A DNA stretch of 64,000 nucleotides from Nitrospirota bacterium. GTDB lineage: Bacteria > Nitrospirota > UBA9217. Below the pieces are notes generated by a model. The model was not told where the DNA came from. It was given only the letters and a program-made list of their open reading frames with translations, and searched no databases. Shown here in pieces: positions 10,963 through 21,770 of this stretch. Within the stretch, counting starts at the first letter, position 1, and every line of letters starts with the position of its first letter. The DNA lies in NCBI GenBank assembly GCA_963737155.1, contig CAVTRN010000002.1:2112001-2176000 (forward strand), given 5' to 3'. The translations under genes and the position numbers were made by a program.

Positions 10963-11882
10963 GCGGTCTTTCTCTCTACGGTCTGAATGAACACATCTTC
11001 GAGAGATGGTTTGATTCTTCGGATCGAGAATTTCTTTTCGAATACGTTCTTCACAGTTTCCCATTCCCCTTCGCTCTTGATTGCGGCGTGGAAACGGAGA
11101 CCGTAGGGCTCAAAAAACAGAAACACCTCATGCTGGGCCATTGCCGATACTTCGGCAAAACTGAGAGATTCCCGGGGATTGAATTCGAGCATCGGTGTTG
11201 AAAAGGTCGTGGTTTTGAGCCCTTCTGGTGAATCAAGCGCGATGATCTTGCCTTCTCGCATGAGAGCGATTCTATCGCACTGTTCCGCTTCGTCCATATA
11301 ATGGGTCGTTACGAAGACCGTCTTGTTCCTCTCGGAAAGTTTTCGAATGAGCTGCCAGAATCGGCTTCGAGACGCAGGTGTTACGCCTGCCGTGGGTTCG
11401 TCGAGAAAGATGATCTCCGGGTCGTGCAGGAGTGCGGCAGCGAGCGATACCTGCTGCTTCGTCCCACCAGACAAATTGTGGACCATAGTATTGAGAGGCC
11501 TGTCGAAGGAGATAAAATCGAATAATTCCTTGCGCCGTAGTTCGTAGGTTGTTATATCCAATTTGCGGAGACTTGCGATGAAGTTCAGGTTCTCCTCGAC
11601 CGTCATATCATTGTAGAGCGTAAATTTCTGGGACATGTACCCGACCTTGGACTTGATCAACTTCTCATTGTGGTCGAAAGTGATCCCCCCTACGCGCACT
11701 GACCCTTCGGAGGGGAGCAGGAGCCCACAGAGCACTCGGATCGTGGTCGTCTTACCCGCACCGTTTGCGCCCAAAAAACCGAATATCTCTCCGCGCCGAA
11801 CAGTAAATGAAATCCGATCTACGGCAACGAAATCGCCGAACCTCACCGAGAGGCTGCTGACCTCCACGGCCAAGTCATTCAC
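10959..11882 (-). CDS. ABC transporter ATP-binding protein (YbhF C-half-like)
   Basis: Walker A GANGAGKTT, LSGG, FLDEPT, THYMDEAE. Start uncertain; GTG at 11882 chosen. Confidence 0.88.
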   Translation of the reverse strand: MNDLAVEVSSLSVRFGDFVAVDRISFTVRRGEIFGFLGANGAGKTTTIRVLCGLLLPSEGSVRVGGITFDHNEKLIKSKVGYMSQKFTLYNDMTVEENLNFIASLRKLDITTYELRRKELFDFISFDRPLNTMVHNLSGGTKQQVSLAAALLHDPEIIFLDEPTAGVTPASRSRFWQLIRKLSERNKTVFVTTHYMDEAEQCDRIALMREGKIIALDSPEGLKTTTFSTPMLEFNPRESLSFAEVSAMAQHEVFLFFEPYGLRFHAAIKSEGEWETVKNVFEKKFSIRRIKPSLEDVFIQTVERKTA

Positions 11883-12624
11883 GGTTATTTCTTCGGAGGA
11901 AGAGTTCATCAAAGCTTGATACTCCCTCTGTTGCGAGCAGATCTCGGGGCTCCCCTGCTGCAACCAATTTGCCACCCTCCAGAAGATGAACGCGTCCGCA
12001 CCGCTCCGCTTCATCCATATAGGCTGTGGTCACGAGAATAAGAATCTTTTGGTCTAGGAGCCGGTACAGGAGCTCCCAAAATTCCCGGCGGCTGATCGGA
12101 TCGACGCCGGTTGTGGGCTCGTCAAGGAGCATGACGCGCGGAGACCGCAAAAGCGCACACATGAGGCCCAGCTTCTTGTACATCCCGCCTGAAAGCTGGC
12201 CTGCCGGCCGCTCAACAAATTCGCTTAACTGCGTGATGCGAAGAAGCTCATCGCGCTTCTGTTCATAGAGATCATGTGGAATCCCATAAAGTTCCTTGAA
12301 AAAATCCAAATGTTCACTTATGGAAAGATCCGGATAGAGGCTTTGCGTCTGCGGCATGTAAGCGATACTAGGACGTATGCTTTCGAAATCAATTTGTTCG
12401 CCTCCACGGTAATAGACGACAGTACCTTCCGTGGCCGTAAGCAGGCCGAGCATGATGCGTAAAAGCGTGGTTTTCCCCGCGCCCTCGGGTCCGATCACTC
12501 CGTGCATAAGGCCGGAAGAGAAATCAAGGCTCACCCCGTCTAGGACGGGACTTTTGCCGAAGACCTTCCGGATTGACCGGACGGAGATCGAAACAGGTAA
12601 TATCGACATGTCGACTGTTTCCAT
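11875..12624 (-). CDS. ABC transporter ATP-binding protein (YbhF N-half-like)
   Basis: GPEGAGKTT, LSGG, LLDEPTTGVDPISRR. Confidence 0.88.
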   Translation of the reverse strand: METVDMSILPVSISVRSIRKVFGKSPVLDGVSLDFSSGLMHGVIGPEGAGKTTLLRIMLGLLTATEGTVVYYRGGEQIDFESIRPSIAYMPQTQSLYPDLSISEHLDFFKELYGIPHDLYEQKRDELLRITQLSEFVERPAGQLSGGMYKKLGLMCALLRSPRVMLLDEPTTGVDPISRREFWELLYRLLDQKILILVTTAYMDEAERCGRVHLLEGGKLVAAGEPRDLLATEGVSSFDELFLRRNNRE

Positions 12625-12803
12625 AGAGATTATTCGAAACGTTGACAGATAATTTTTCTTGCAGAGGCATACCCAGCCGTTGCCAAAAACGGGGGTACAG
12701 ATTTTTTAAAGCAGTTAGTTTTTTCTTGTCATGGTCTATGGGATCTCAACGCGACAAGATGCTCTGTTTCTTTTACGGTAACAAGAATATTATTCGTAAC
12801 GGA

Positions 12804-13556
12804 CTAGTCCCGGGGCAACTTCACTTCAATTGTCATTCCGGGCTTGAGAATTTCCTGCTCGTTCGCGCCTAGAAAACTCACCTTTACTCCAAACACAAGG
12901 CGCTCGCGCTCGGCCTGGGTCTGGACGTTTTTGGGTGTAAACTCAGCCTCATCGTTGATTTTGAAGATTTTCCCGTCGAATTCGCGGTTGTTCAACTCAG
13001 GGAGATATCCTTTCAGGATCATGCCAGGTTTAAGTCGTGAAACCTCAGGCTGCGGAACGTAAATATAGGCCCAGATGTCCCGAATGTTCGCTAGGGTTAA
13101 TATCTTCGTCCCGGGATCCACCCATTCTCCCGGCTCATGGTACCGGTTCAAGACCGTGCCTGATATCGGCGAACGGACAGAGCACCAGCTCAATCGCACA
13201 TCCGCATCATCCTTCTTGTTCTTGATCTGATCCATGGTATCCTTAGAAGCCGTCTCCGCATGATACAGACCAAGGGTCCGATGGTAGTTCTCATTCGCCA
13301 ACTCCGACGCAACCTTCACATCTTCGCAAGTAAGAACAACCAACTCCTGATTATCAGTCACGTGGTCGCCTTCCTGAACGGTCACTGTTTTGATTGCAGA
13401 AGACAGACGGGCTGATAAATCTACTTTGGTAGCATCAAGGGTTCCGGCATAGAGAAACTCACCTCGGAAGAAAAACAGTTTCAGCGCGATTGCAGCGCCG
13501 ATAGCGATCACCGCAATAAGAATTATTTTAATCAGTTTCTTTTTATCGATCTTCAC
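12804..13556 (-). CDS. HlyD-family adaptor (YbhG-like)
   Basis: N-terminal TM, AEFTPKNVQT...RERLVFGVKV. GTG start with RBS; the ORF is open to 13595. Confidence 0.88.
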   Translation of the reverse strand: MKIDKKKLIKIILIAVIAIGAAIALKLFFFRGEFLYAGTLDATKVDLSARLSSAIKTVTVQEGDHVTDNQELVVLTCEDVKVASELANENYHRTLGLYHAETASKDTMDQIKNKKDDADVRLSWCSVRSPISGTVLNRYHEPGEWVDPGTKILTLANIRDIWAYIYVPQPEVSRLKPGMILKGYLPELNNREFDGKIFKINDEAEFTPKNVQTQAERERLVFGVKVSFLGANEQEILKPGMTIEVKLPRD

Positions 13557-13584
13557 TGGGTTCCCTTCCTGTTTTTTTATCTGG

Positions 13585-14223
13585 TTACTTCGCAATAATC
13601 CCGTCTATGAAGATGCGAAGCGTCTGTTGAATCCAATCATTACGATACTTTTCGTCTGAAAGCGAATGACCGGAAAACTCTCTCACCATCTTGTCGTTTC
13701 TCGTCTGATGGATAATATTGCTCATCAGGAATACGGCCGCAAAGGAGGGTTTCACGTCGGCTGCCACGATTCCCTTTTTCGTGGCCAGATCAAAAAACTC
13801 CCATAGTTTTTCTGCATGTTTTAAAAGCGTATTAAGGTACATTTTTTTACTTTTCGAATCTGACATTTCGACATCCCGTTGGATTAGGCGGACAATATCA
13901 TTTTGTCTGATCATCGTTTCGAGCGTCTGCCTCAGGAAAATCTCCAGGCGCACCTTGAACTCGTCTATATTCTGAGGAGGCCGGAGTGTTTTTCTCGCGA
14001 AGTCCAGTCTTTCCGTAGCAAACTGTTCTATGATATTATTGTAAAGGTTCTCCTTCGAGCCAAAATGATAATGGAGGGCTGCGATGTTGGCACCGGCCCC
14101 TTCGCAAATGTCCTTGGTGGATGTGCCGTCATATCCTTGAGCAGCAAAAAGGCGGGTGGCGGTGGAAAGGATTCGGCTTGCGGTGTTCTCGCAGGAAGAC
14201 TTTTCCCCCGCGACAACTATCAT
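13585..14223 (-). CDS. TetR/AcrR-family regulator (CecR/YbiH-like)
   Basis: RILSTATRLFAAQGYDGTSTKDIC...ALHYHFGSKENLY helix-turn-helix. Start uncertain; the ORF is open to 14301. Confidence 0.88.
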   Translation of the reverse strand: MIVVAGEKSSCENTASRILSTATRLFAAQGYDGTSTKDICEGAGANIAALHYHFGSKENLYNNIIEQFATERLDFARKTLRPPQNIDEFKVRLEIFLRQTLETMIRQNDIVRLIQRDVEMSDSKSKKMYLNTLLKHAEKLWEFFDLATKKGIVAADVKPSFAAVFLMSNIIHQTRNDKMVREFSGHSLSDEKYRNDWIQQTLRIFIDGIIAK

Positions 14224-14384
14224 CGATTTCCTGCTCTGTTCATGTGTCGATCGATTTCTACAGATTTTCATTGTTTCAGCATAGCACATATACAAGATCA
14301 ATACAAGTATCCGATTGACTTATTCAATTAACTATTTTATACTTAAATTTAGCATATATATCAGTCCGAACCTAGGGTACGAAC

Positions 14385-15893
14385 ATGACTAATCTCCTGA
14401 TATCCAAAAGACTAACCGCAGCCCTGGGCTTTAGTTTACTATGTTACGGATGCTTGGTAGGCCCCAATTTTCGTACCCCTGAATCACCGAGAACGTCAAC
14501 ATACACGTCGACCCAATTCCCGGCCAAGACAGCATCAGTATCGGGGCCCGGCGGCGAGGCACAGCACTTGGCGTTGGGTCAGGAGATCCCTGCTGAGTGG
14601 TGGACGCTGTTTCATTCGACTTCATTGGACCAACTGGTTAGGCAGGCCCTTTCTGGCAACCCGACGCTCGCTGCAGCAAAGGCAACGCTCCGTGAGTCGC
14701 AGGAGACGTTAAATGCCCTCGTTGGCTCAGTCCTCTATCCGAAGGTCGATGCAAGTGCATCGGTTACGCGGGAGAAGGTCTCACTTGCGGCCTTCGGCAT
14801 GCCAAATGAGGAGATAAGTCCCTTCACGCTCTACAATACCTCGGTGAATGTCACTTATGCCCTTGATCTTTTCGGCGGCGCGCGGCGTGAGCTGGAAGTT
14901 TTGGAGTCCCAAATCGATTTTCAGCGCTTTCAGCTTGAAGGGGCCTATCTCACAATTACGTCGAACATCGTTACGACATCGGTGAAAGAAGCTTCCTTGC
15001 GCGCGCAGATCGAGGCATTAAACGAGATCATTGCCGCTCTACAGACACAGTTCGACCTGGTTAAGCTTCAGTTCAAGCTCGGCGGGGCTGCGCGCACCGA
15101 CGTGCTCTCCCAGCAGACTCAGCTCGCGCAGACAAGGGCAACCCTGCCGCCTCTCAAAAAGGAACTCGAGCAGACCCGTCATCTACTGGCGGTGCTCACT
15201 GGACGGTTCCCGAGCGAATCTGCAGTGCTCCCCGAGTTCACCCTCGACCAACTGCAGCTGCCCGCGGAATTGCCGGTGAGCCTACCTTCTTTGCTAGTGC
15301 GCCAACGCCCCGACGTCCGCGCCTCGGAAGCACTGCTGCACGCGGCAAGCGCACAAGTCGGTGTAGCCACCGCGAATCAATATCCGCAAATCAGCCTGAC
15401 CGGCAGTTTAGGATCAATGGCAATTTCAAGCAGCAAACTTTTTTCGACCGGGACCGGCGTGTGGAGTTTCGGCGCAGGATTATTACAGCCCGTTTTCCAC
15501 GGCGGCGAGCTCTCCGCCGAGAAACGCGCCGCACTGGCAGCCTACACTCAGGCGCAGGCGCAGTATCAGGCTGTTGTTCTTCAGGCATTCCAGAACGTAG
15601 CTGACGTACTGCGCGCGCTTGATGACGACGCGAATACGCTCAAGGCGCAAGCGGACGCCGACGCGTCCGCGCGCGATACGCTTAAACTGACCCAAAAGCA
15701 GTTCCAACTCGGCGGGGTGAGCTATTTATCTCTTTTGAATGCAGAACGTCAATACCAGCAGACAAGAATCGACCTGATCCAGGCGCAGGCAGCGCGCTAT
15801 GCTGACACAGCCGCACTCTTTCAGGCGCTCGGCGGCGGTTGGTGGAACCGAAACCCACAAGCCAACAACGCGGGAATGCAGATCAAAGAATAA
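14385..15893 (+). CDS. Outer-membrane efflux lipoprotein (NodT/TolC family)
   Basis: Lipobox-like YGCLVGP, LPSLLVRQRPDVRASE, C-terminal ALGGGWW. Divergent from the exporter operon. Confidence 0.92.
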   Translation: MTNLLISKRLTAALGFSLLCYGCLVGPNFRTPESPRTSTYTSTQFPAKTASVSGPGGEAQHLALGQEIPAEWWTLFHSTSLDQLVRQALSGNPTLAAAKATLRESQETLNALVGSVLYPKVDASASVTREKVSLAAFGMPNEEISPFTLYNTSVNVTYALDLFGGARRELEVLESQIDFQRFQLEGAYLTITSNIVTTSVKEASLRAQIEALNEIIAALQTQFDLVKLQFKLGGAARTDVLSQQTQLAQTRATLPPLKKELEQTRHLLAVLTGRFPSESAVLPEFTLDQLQLPAELPVSLPSLLVRQRPDVRASEALLHAASAQVGVATANQYPQISLTGSLGSMAISSSKLFSTGTGVWSFGAGLLQPVFHGGELSAEKRAALAAYTQAQAQYQAVVLQAFQNVADVLRALDDDANTLKAQADADASARDTLKLTQKQFQLGGVSYLSLLNAERQYQQTRIDLIQAQAARYADTAALFQALGGGWWNRNPQANNAGMQIKE

Positions 15894-16284
15894 CTCATAC
15901 ATGACAAGGATTCGAACACGAAATGCTAAACAGTCGATAGGTTCATAACCAGGATAAACAACTGGATACATTGCCCGGCGAGGCTGTTCTTGGCCAACGT
16001 ATAGAATGCAAGGCAATAAAAAACAAAGAAGACAAGTCTATTAGTAAATGATGAACCAGAGCTATTGACCTGCGTAGTCAAGATCATTACTGTCCAGAAT
16101 AATCTGATTTTCTTGATCTTACTCCTGCCGATTCTAGCTTTTATGCAGGTTAATTACGTTTTACCATCAAAAATTTCTTGCAGTCTTCCGGTAATAATCT
16201 ATAAGCAGCTTTCCGAGTCATTAAGCAGGATGAAGTTTTTGAGTTGAATCCGCAATATGAACTTTTCTGTCACAAGTATTTGTT

Positions 16285-16678
16285 ATGGTCCGGAAACTGA
16301 CGCAGGATCTTGGACGGAAGTCGTTTAATGAAATAAGTTGCGAAAAAAATAAAGATGAGCCTCAACCGCCTGCGTTATCCCGGATCATTCAGGAAACTTA
16401 TTCGTTTAACATGCGTATCGGTGGCAAAAGAAATGAAACGCTCAAGAACGTGCTGAACAACGGGAACACACCGTCGCCTCCCGCAACGAGCGATGAGCGT
16501 TTTCGCCGCTGGTATCCTGATGAGTAAGTTTTCTGGCTTACCATCCATAGAGTGCAGCATCACCGATATACGTTATGGCTTAGATCACTCAGCTCAGCGG
16601 TCACTTTACAACATCGGTAGTCAGTTTGGCATCACATGCGAGCGGGGTGAGACAGATAGAAAACGAGGCGATCCGTAA
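16285..16678 (+). pseudogene. Decayed sigma-70 family (RpoS/RpoD-like) regions 3-4
   Basis: Fragments across frames: RKLTQDLGRK, TYSFNMRIG...TLKNVL...TPSP, IRYGLD...SLYNIGSQFGITCER / VRQIE. These match the region 4 pattern LRYGL...TLEEIG..FGITRERVRQIE. Confidence 0.6.
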
Positions 16679-16890
16679 GCCCTGGAACGACGACATAAAG
16701 TTCAATAAAATCAATAAAAACAATATGCTCTAGTAGGGCGACATTGTCGTCTTCATATATTGCAAGGCAATCGAACAAATGCACCAGGTCATATGGAACG
16801 TTTTAGTGCACTTCTTCGGGTTGTAGTGGTACCGGAAAATCAAGCATTGCAAGCCTAATTCACCTCCTGATGTGATAAAATCAGAGGAGC

Positions 16891-16921
16891 TTTGATCTAC
16901 TTTGATCCACCTTTGATCCAC
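16891..16921. repeat. Three near-tandem copies of TTTGATC(T/C)AC
   Basis: tttgatctac-tttgatccac-c-tttgatccac read directly. Confidence 0.7.
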
Positions 16922-17396
16922 ATTACGCCATATCCAGCTGCACCCCTTCGTGGCTTCTTGCAGGCCACGTGATCTCAAAACCAAAATGTTGGGTTGGGGT
17001 CTGCTAATCGCAGCTAGATAAGTACCCTGTAACATCAATCCCGAACATGATCAAACAGGGAGCGACAGAGAGAGAAGCAAACCTTATCCCGGCTAACATA
17101 GCTCAAAAGGCCACCGATCAGATGGAACAGCTTGTTATAAATGTATTAGCTGGTCGAATAGATGATGAATGTACCGGCAAAATAGCTATCATATTCACCG
17201 TTGGAAGGTGGACTTAAGTAATACTGTTACTCTAGGGGAAGCAAAAAAACAGGGGTTGCTTGGTTGCTGCGGTTTGCCCTGCGAGGTTTATCAGCTCAAG
17301 AACCTCGTCTCTCAGACAATGCTGCATCGCCCTTCTATTCAACACATTCCGGTTCTCTGCTAAATAGTTGAAGAGATGGGAACGTCAAGGTGATCT

Positions 17397-18047
17397 ATGA
17401 TCCCGCTTAAAGATATCGACCGCAGACCCTCTCGTTTCCCGGCAATCACTACCATGATCATCGGGGTGAATACTCTCGTATTTCTGCTTGAACTTGTGAA
17501 TGGACCGGCCTTCGTAGATCGGTGGGCGTATATTCCGTCAGAAATCACTGCAGGAAGAAATTTGATTACCGTCTTGACCGCCATGTTTATACATGGCGGT
17601 TGGTTACATATAATAGGCAACATGATATTCTTTTGGGCGTTCGGACCTGAGATTGAAGACACAATGGGCAGAGCGAGATTCATGGTCTTTTACTTGTCAG
17701 GCGGACTAGTGGCCACCCTTGCGCAGGTACTCATTAGCCCTCACTCCTCCATCCCGAATCTGGGGGCAAGCGGCGCAATTGCAGCAGTAATGGGAGGATT
17801 TATCATCACCTTTCCCCGCGACAGGATCCGCACAATTGTTTTTCTCGGATTTTTTGTGACGATAGTCTTTATCCCTGCTATCATACTTGTAGGATTATGG
17901 TTCGTCCTTCAGTTCTTCAGCGAAATTGGTTCGTTGGCAGTGCAACAAACCGGCGGCGGGATAGCGTATGCAGCTCATGTGGCGGGATTTGTGTTCGGCG
18001 TCGCCTTTGCTCCTTTATTTGAATCCCATCGGTGGCGCGAAAAATAG
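17397..18047 (+). CDS. Rhomboid-family intramembrane serine protease
   Basis: HGGWLHIIGNM, GASGA, AHVAGF. Confidence 0.93.
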   Translation: MIPLKDIDRRPSRFPAITTMIIGVNTLVFLLELVNGPAFVDRWAYIPSEITAGRNLITVLTAMFIHGGWLHIIGNMIFFWAFGPEIEDTMGRARFMVFYLSGGLVATLAQVLISPHSSIPNLGASGAIAAVMGGFIITFPRDRIRTIVFLGFFVTIVFIPAIILVGLWFVLQFFSEIGSLAVQQTGGGIAYAAHVAGFVFGVAFAPLFESHRWREK

Positions 18048-18200
18048 GCTGAAACGCTCTGGGCCAATAAAAATAATGCGACGATGAACATCTCAGGGCA
18101 TCGTGAGATGAATAAGTAAGAAAGTAATACTTGTCGTGATGCAAAAGCATGCATCCTTATTTGAAAACAAGATTGCAATGGTCGACACAGGAGGCAGAAC

Positions 18201-21200
18201 GTGACAATAGGAAATAAAACAGCATGCATCTTATATTTTACCCTTGCTCTCGTTGTGTTGCAGACAAACCTGTATGGTGACGAGGGCAAAGCTGCGCAAT
18301 TGCTTCCGGTCTACAGTCTCTCTGTCTCATTTGACTTGAAAAGTCATCTTTTGAGAGGCAGAGCGACAATTACTTTGCCCAACGTTGGCGATACGACGGT
18401 TTCTACTGGCAATCTCATAATCACGTCAGTCACTTTGAACGGATTACCTGTGGAATACAGAGCAAAGGATGATCTGTTCAAGATCACCGGTACTGGAATA
18501 CTCGAAATTTCATACGAGGGGACTTTCGAGAAAAAATCTGGCAGCAGTGAGAATCTTGAGAATGCAGGCGTGGCCTCAGGCGGCGTAGTGAGCGAGGGAG
18601 GCATCTCACTCACTGGCAGTTGGTATCCTGCAATCAACGGACTGGTCTATTATAAGCTCACTGCTCTTGTCCCGAACAACTTCATGGCCATATCGGAAGC
18701 AGACGAAATTGCTGCCATGGATACCGCATCGGGTAAAGAATATTCATTTGTTTTTCAACATCCATTAGCTGGGCTAGATTTTGTTGCAGGTAATTACCGG
18801 GAAGTCAAGGACACCGTTGACGGCATAGACATTTATGCTTACTTCTTTCCTGAGGATGTTTCGCTTGCAGCCAACTATATCGAACATACAAAGAAATACC
18901 TCAGAATGTATAACGATCTCCTGGTCCCCTACCCGTACAAAAGATTTTCCGTCGTAGAAAACATCCCGCCTACAGGACTTTCCATGCCCACCTTCACCCT
19001 CTTGGGGCGGGACATCGTCCGCCTCCCTTTTATTTTGGAGACCTCCCTGGGCCATGAGATCACCCATCAATGGTTCGGAAATTATGTATATGCCGACTTT
19101 AAAAAAGGAAATTGGCTTGAAGCGATCACCAGCGATCTCTCCGACCATCTCTATGAGGAGCTGAAAGGCAAAGGATGGGAGTATAGGAAAAATATTCTTA
19201 TCAATTTCCAAAGCTATGTTACCCCTGACAAGGATTTTCCCCTCAGGGATTTCACGGAGAGGACCGACTTCTCCTCCATGGCAATCGGTTATGGAAAAGG
19301 GACAATGCTCTTTCATATGCTCGAGAACCTGGTCGGTAGAGACACATTCTATAGATCGTTACGAACACTTATCAAGGACAATAAATTTAAACAGGCCTCG
19401 TGGGACGATGTTGAGAAAGCTTTCGAACAGGAATCAGGCAAAGACCTCAGATGGTTTTTCAGCCAGTGGCTCGACCGAAAGGGAACGCCTTCTTTCGAAG
19501 TGCAGTATTCCGGTGCTCTCGTTTATAAGGGAATTCCGACTGCTTCATTCGAGCTCTTACAGGAGGGAAAGCCTTTCAGAATTGAACTGCCTGCGAAAAT
19601 TATCGTTGAAAATGGTGAAGTGAAACAGGCTCTGGCGTTAGAAAAAGAAAAGCAATACTTCGATATTGCTGTAAAAGAGAACCCTTCGGATTTAATCTTT
19701 GATGATGACTACGATACCATGAGGACGCTTGCATCCAATGAATTTCCTCCTGTTATCGCACGGCTGCTCGGGGATGAAAAAAAGCTTGTCGTTTACCCTG
19801 AAAAAGAGCAGGAGAAATACGCTGGATTGATAGCCATTTTCAAAGAAGAAGGATTTGCTGTAAAAGAACAGCTCAAGGTGAATGACGAGGATATCCAGTC
19901 CTCCTCGCTCCTTATCCTGGGTTCTGAAAGTCCTGTACTTAAAAGACTCTTCGGGGCAGCCGGGGAGAAGAAGCCGGGCTTTCTGCTTATCTTACGAAAT
20001 AACCCCCTGAATACATCAAAGGTTGTGGCCTATGCTCATGGTGATTCTAAAGAAGAAGTCGACCTCGCTGTAAGAAAAATATTCCACTACGGGAAGTATT
20101 CGGTTCTACGCTTTGAAAAAGGAGAAAATGTGTTAAAAGAAGTTAACAAAACAGACCGTGGGATGGTATTTAATCTTCAATCTCCCACAGAGGGGATCGA
20201 ACCAGAAAAATCTCTAAAACTCGATAAAATAATCGATGCTGTTAGCGAAAAGCCTCTCATCCTCATTGGGGAACGGCACACCAATTATGAGGATCATAAG
20301 GTGGAGCTTGCGGTAATCATGGGTCTTTTTAAGAAAGGTAAGAAAATCGCTATCGGGATGGAAATGTTCCAGAAGCCTTTCCAAAAGGTAATCGACGAGT
20401 ATGTCACCGGAACCCTGGATGAAAGGGAATTTCTAAAGAAAACGGAATATTTCAAGAGGTGGGGGTTCGATTATAATTATTACCGTGAGATTATAGAGTT
20501 CGCCAAGGCGAACAGTATTCCCCTTGTCGCATTAAACCAAAGGTCTGAGATCGTGGACAAGGTGGCCAAGGGAGGGCTTGATTCCCTATCCGAGGAGGAG
20601 AGAAAAGAAATCCCTCAAGACATGGATATGTCCGATGAATCATATAAAACGCGGTTGAAAGAGATCTATAAAGACCATCCTGACCATATCCCGTTCGAGA
20701 ACTTTTATCAAGCGCAGATCATCTGGGATGAGACCATGGCACAAACCGCGGCCCGATTCCTCGAGGAGCGGCCCGATCGCCAATTGGTCGTGCTAGCCGG
20801 TGTTGAACATATCATGTATGGTTCGGGAATTCCAAGCAGAGTTCACCGACGTACCAGTAGCGACTATGTCACGCTGATAAACGGAACCTACGACAGGGAA
20901 ATCGGCACCTACGTTCTGTTTCCCAAGCCCCTCGAACCCCCTTTTACGGCAAAGCTGGGGGTGGTCATCAAGGATTCAGCGGGCATGGTGCTTATCACTG
21001 ATTTTTCTCCAGACAGCATTGCATTGAAATCAGGGCTCAACGAGGGGGATATTATTATTTCTGTAGATGGCAGTAAAATACAGACGGTAAGCGATATAAA
21101 GATCGCCCTCTTCGACAAGGAACCGGGCCAAGCGGTAATAGTGAAAGTGATAAGAAAAAGATTTCTGCTCGGCACGAAGGAACTCGAATTTAAACTCACT

Positions 21201-21206
21201 CTATAA
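18201..21206 (+). CDS. Secreted M1 aminopeptidase-ChaN(PhuW-like)-PDZ fusion protein
   Basis: HEITHQWFG...WLEAI, YGKG; ChaN-like IGERH...IGMEMF...AQIIWDETMA; C-terminal PDZ (GLNEGDIIISVDG). Confidence 0.85.
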   Translation: MTIGNKTACILYFTLALVVLQTNLYGDEGKAAQLLPVYSLSVSFDLKSHLLRGRATITLPNVGDTTVSTGNLIITSVTLNGLPVEYRAKDDLFKITGTGILEISYEGTFEKKSGSSENLENAGVASGGVVSEGGISLTGSWYPAINGLVYYKLTALVPNNFMAISEADEIAAMDTASGKEYSFVFQHPLAGLDFVAGNYREVKDTVDGIDIYAYFFPEDVSLAANYIEHTKKYLRMYNDLLVPYPYKRFSVVENIPPTGLSMPTFTLLGRDIVRLPFILETSLGHEITHQWFGNYVYADFKKGNWLEAITSDLSDHLYEELKGKGWEYRKNILINFQSYVTPDKDFPLRDFTERTDFSSMAIGYGKGTMLFHMLENLVGRDTFYRSLRTLIKDNKFKQASWDDVEKAFEQESGKDLRWFFSQWLDRKGTPSFEVQYSGALVYKGIPTASFELLQEGKPFRIELPAKIIVENGEVKQALALEKEKQYFDIAVKENPSDLIFDDDYDTMRTLASNEFPPVIARLLGDEKKLVVYPEKEQEKYAGLIAIFKEEGFAVKEQLKVNDEDIQSSSLLILGSESPVLKRLFGAAGEKKPGFLLILRNNPLNTSKVVAYAHGDSKEEVDLAVRKIFHYGKYSVLRFEKGENVLKEVNKTDRGMVFNLQSPTEGIEPEKSLKLDKIIDAVSEKPLILIGERHTNYEDHKVELAVIMGLFKKGKKIAIGMEMFQKPFQKVIDEYVTGTLDEREFLKKTEYFKRWGFDYNYYREIIEFAKANSIPLVALNQRSEIVDKVAKGGLDSLSEEERKEIPQDMDMSDESYKTRLKEIYKDHPDHIPFENFYQAQIIWDETMAQTAARFLEERPDRQLVVLAGVEHIMYGSGIPSRVHRRTSSDYVTLINGTYDREIGTYVLFPKPLEPPFTAKLGVVIKDSAGMVLITDFSPDSIALKSGLNEGDIIISVDGSKIQTVSDIKIALFDKEPGQAVIVKVIRKRFLLGTKELEFKLTL

Positions 21207-21770
21207 CATCATGCCGAAACTGAAGGCCAAGGATTCCCGAATCAGGTTCTGTGGTTGCTGTGAACCGCTGCAGATTCTGGTCGCAGATGAATCAATAATA
21301 TTTGACACGTTGCAGGTTTATGGGCTGACGTAGCTGGCCTGGTCATTCTTCAGGAGACCGGTTGACCGCGGGCTTGTCAAGCAGCTAGAACTCCAGGAGA
21401 CGCTTATTTGCCCCAGGAGATACCGCTTAAGAATATTGATGCGCCACTCACGTCGGCATTGATTAAGATGAGAAGATGCTAAGCTGAGAAACAATATTGG
21501 TAGCCAGCTATTATAAAGAGATTTTGTGTCATTGTGAGAAGAGCAACTTTTGACCGATTGCATGGACATCGCTACCGAGCCGCCATAAATATCCCTTTTT
21601 ATCACTGCGAGCAGAGAAAAAATCTTCAGTAGTACTTTCATAGATGTTACATTTTATCGGCGTTTAATACTAAGTTGAATTAGTAACTCAGCCATAGGTT
21701 TCAATCGAATAAATTATAAAAAAATCATGAACAGGTATTTCATCAAAGAACGGCGGGAACCTTGCCCTTC

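Noticed and set aside
21318-21641. 107-aa ORF and a PEGA-like fragment (ILINADVSGASIFLSG) in another frame
   Set aside because: Too degenerate to support a call.
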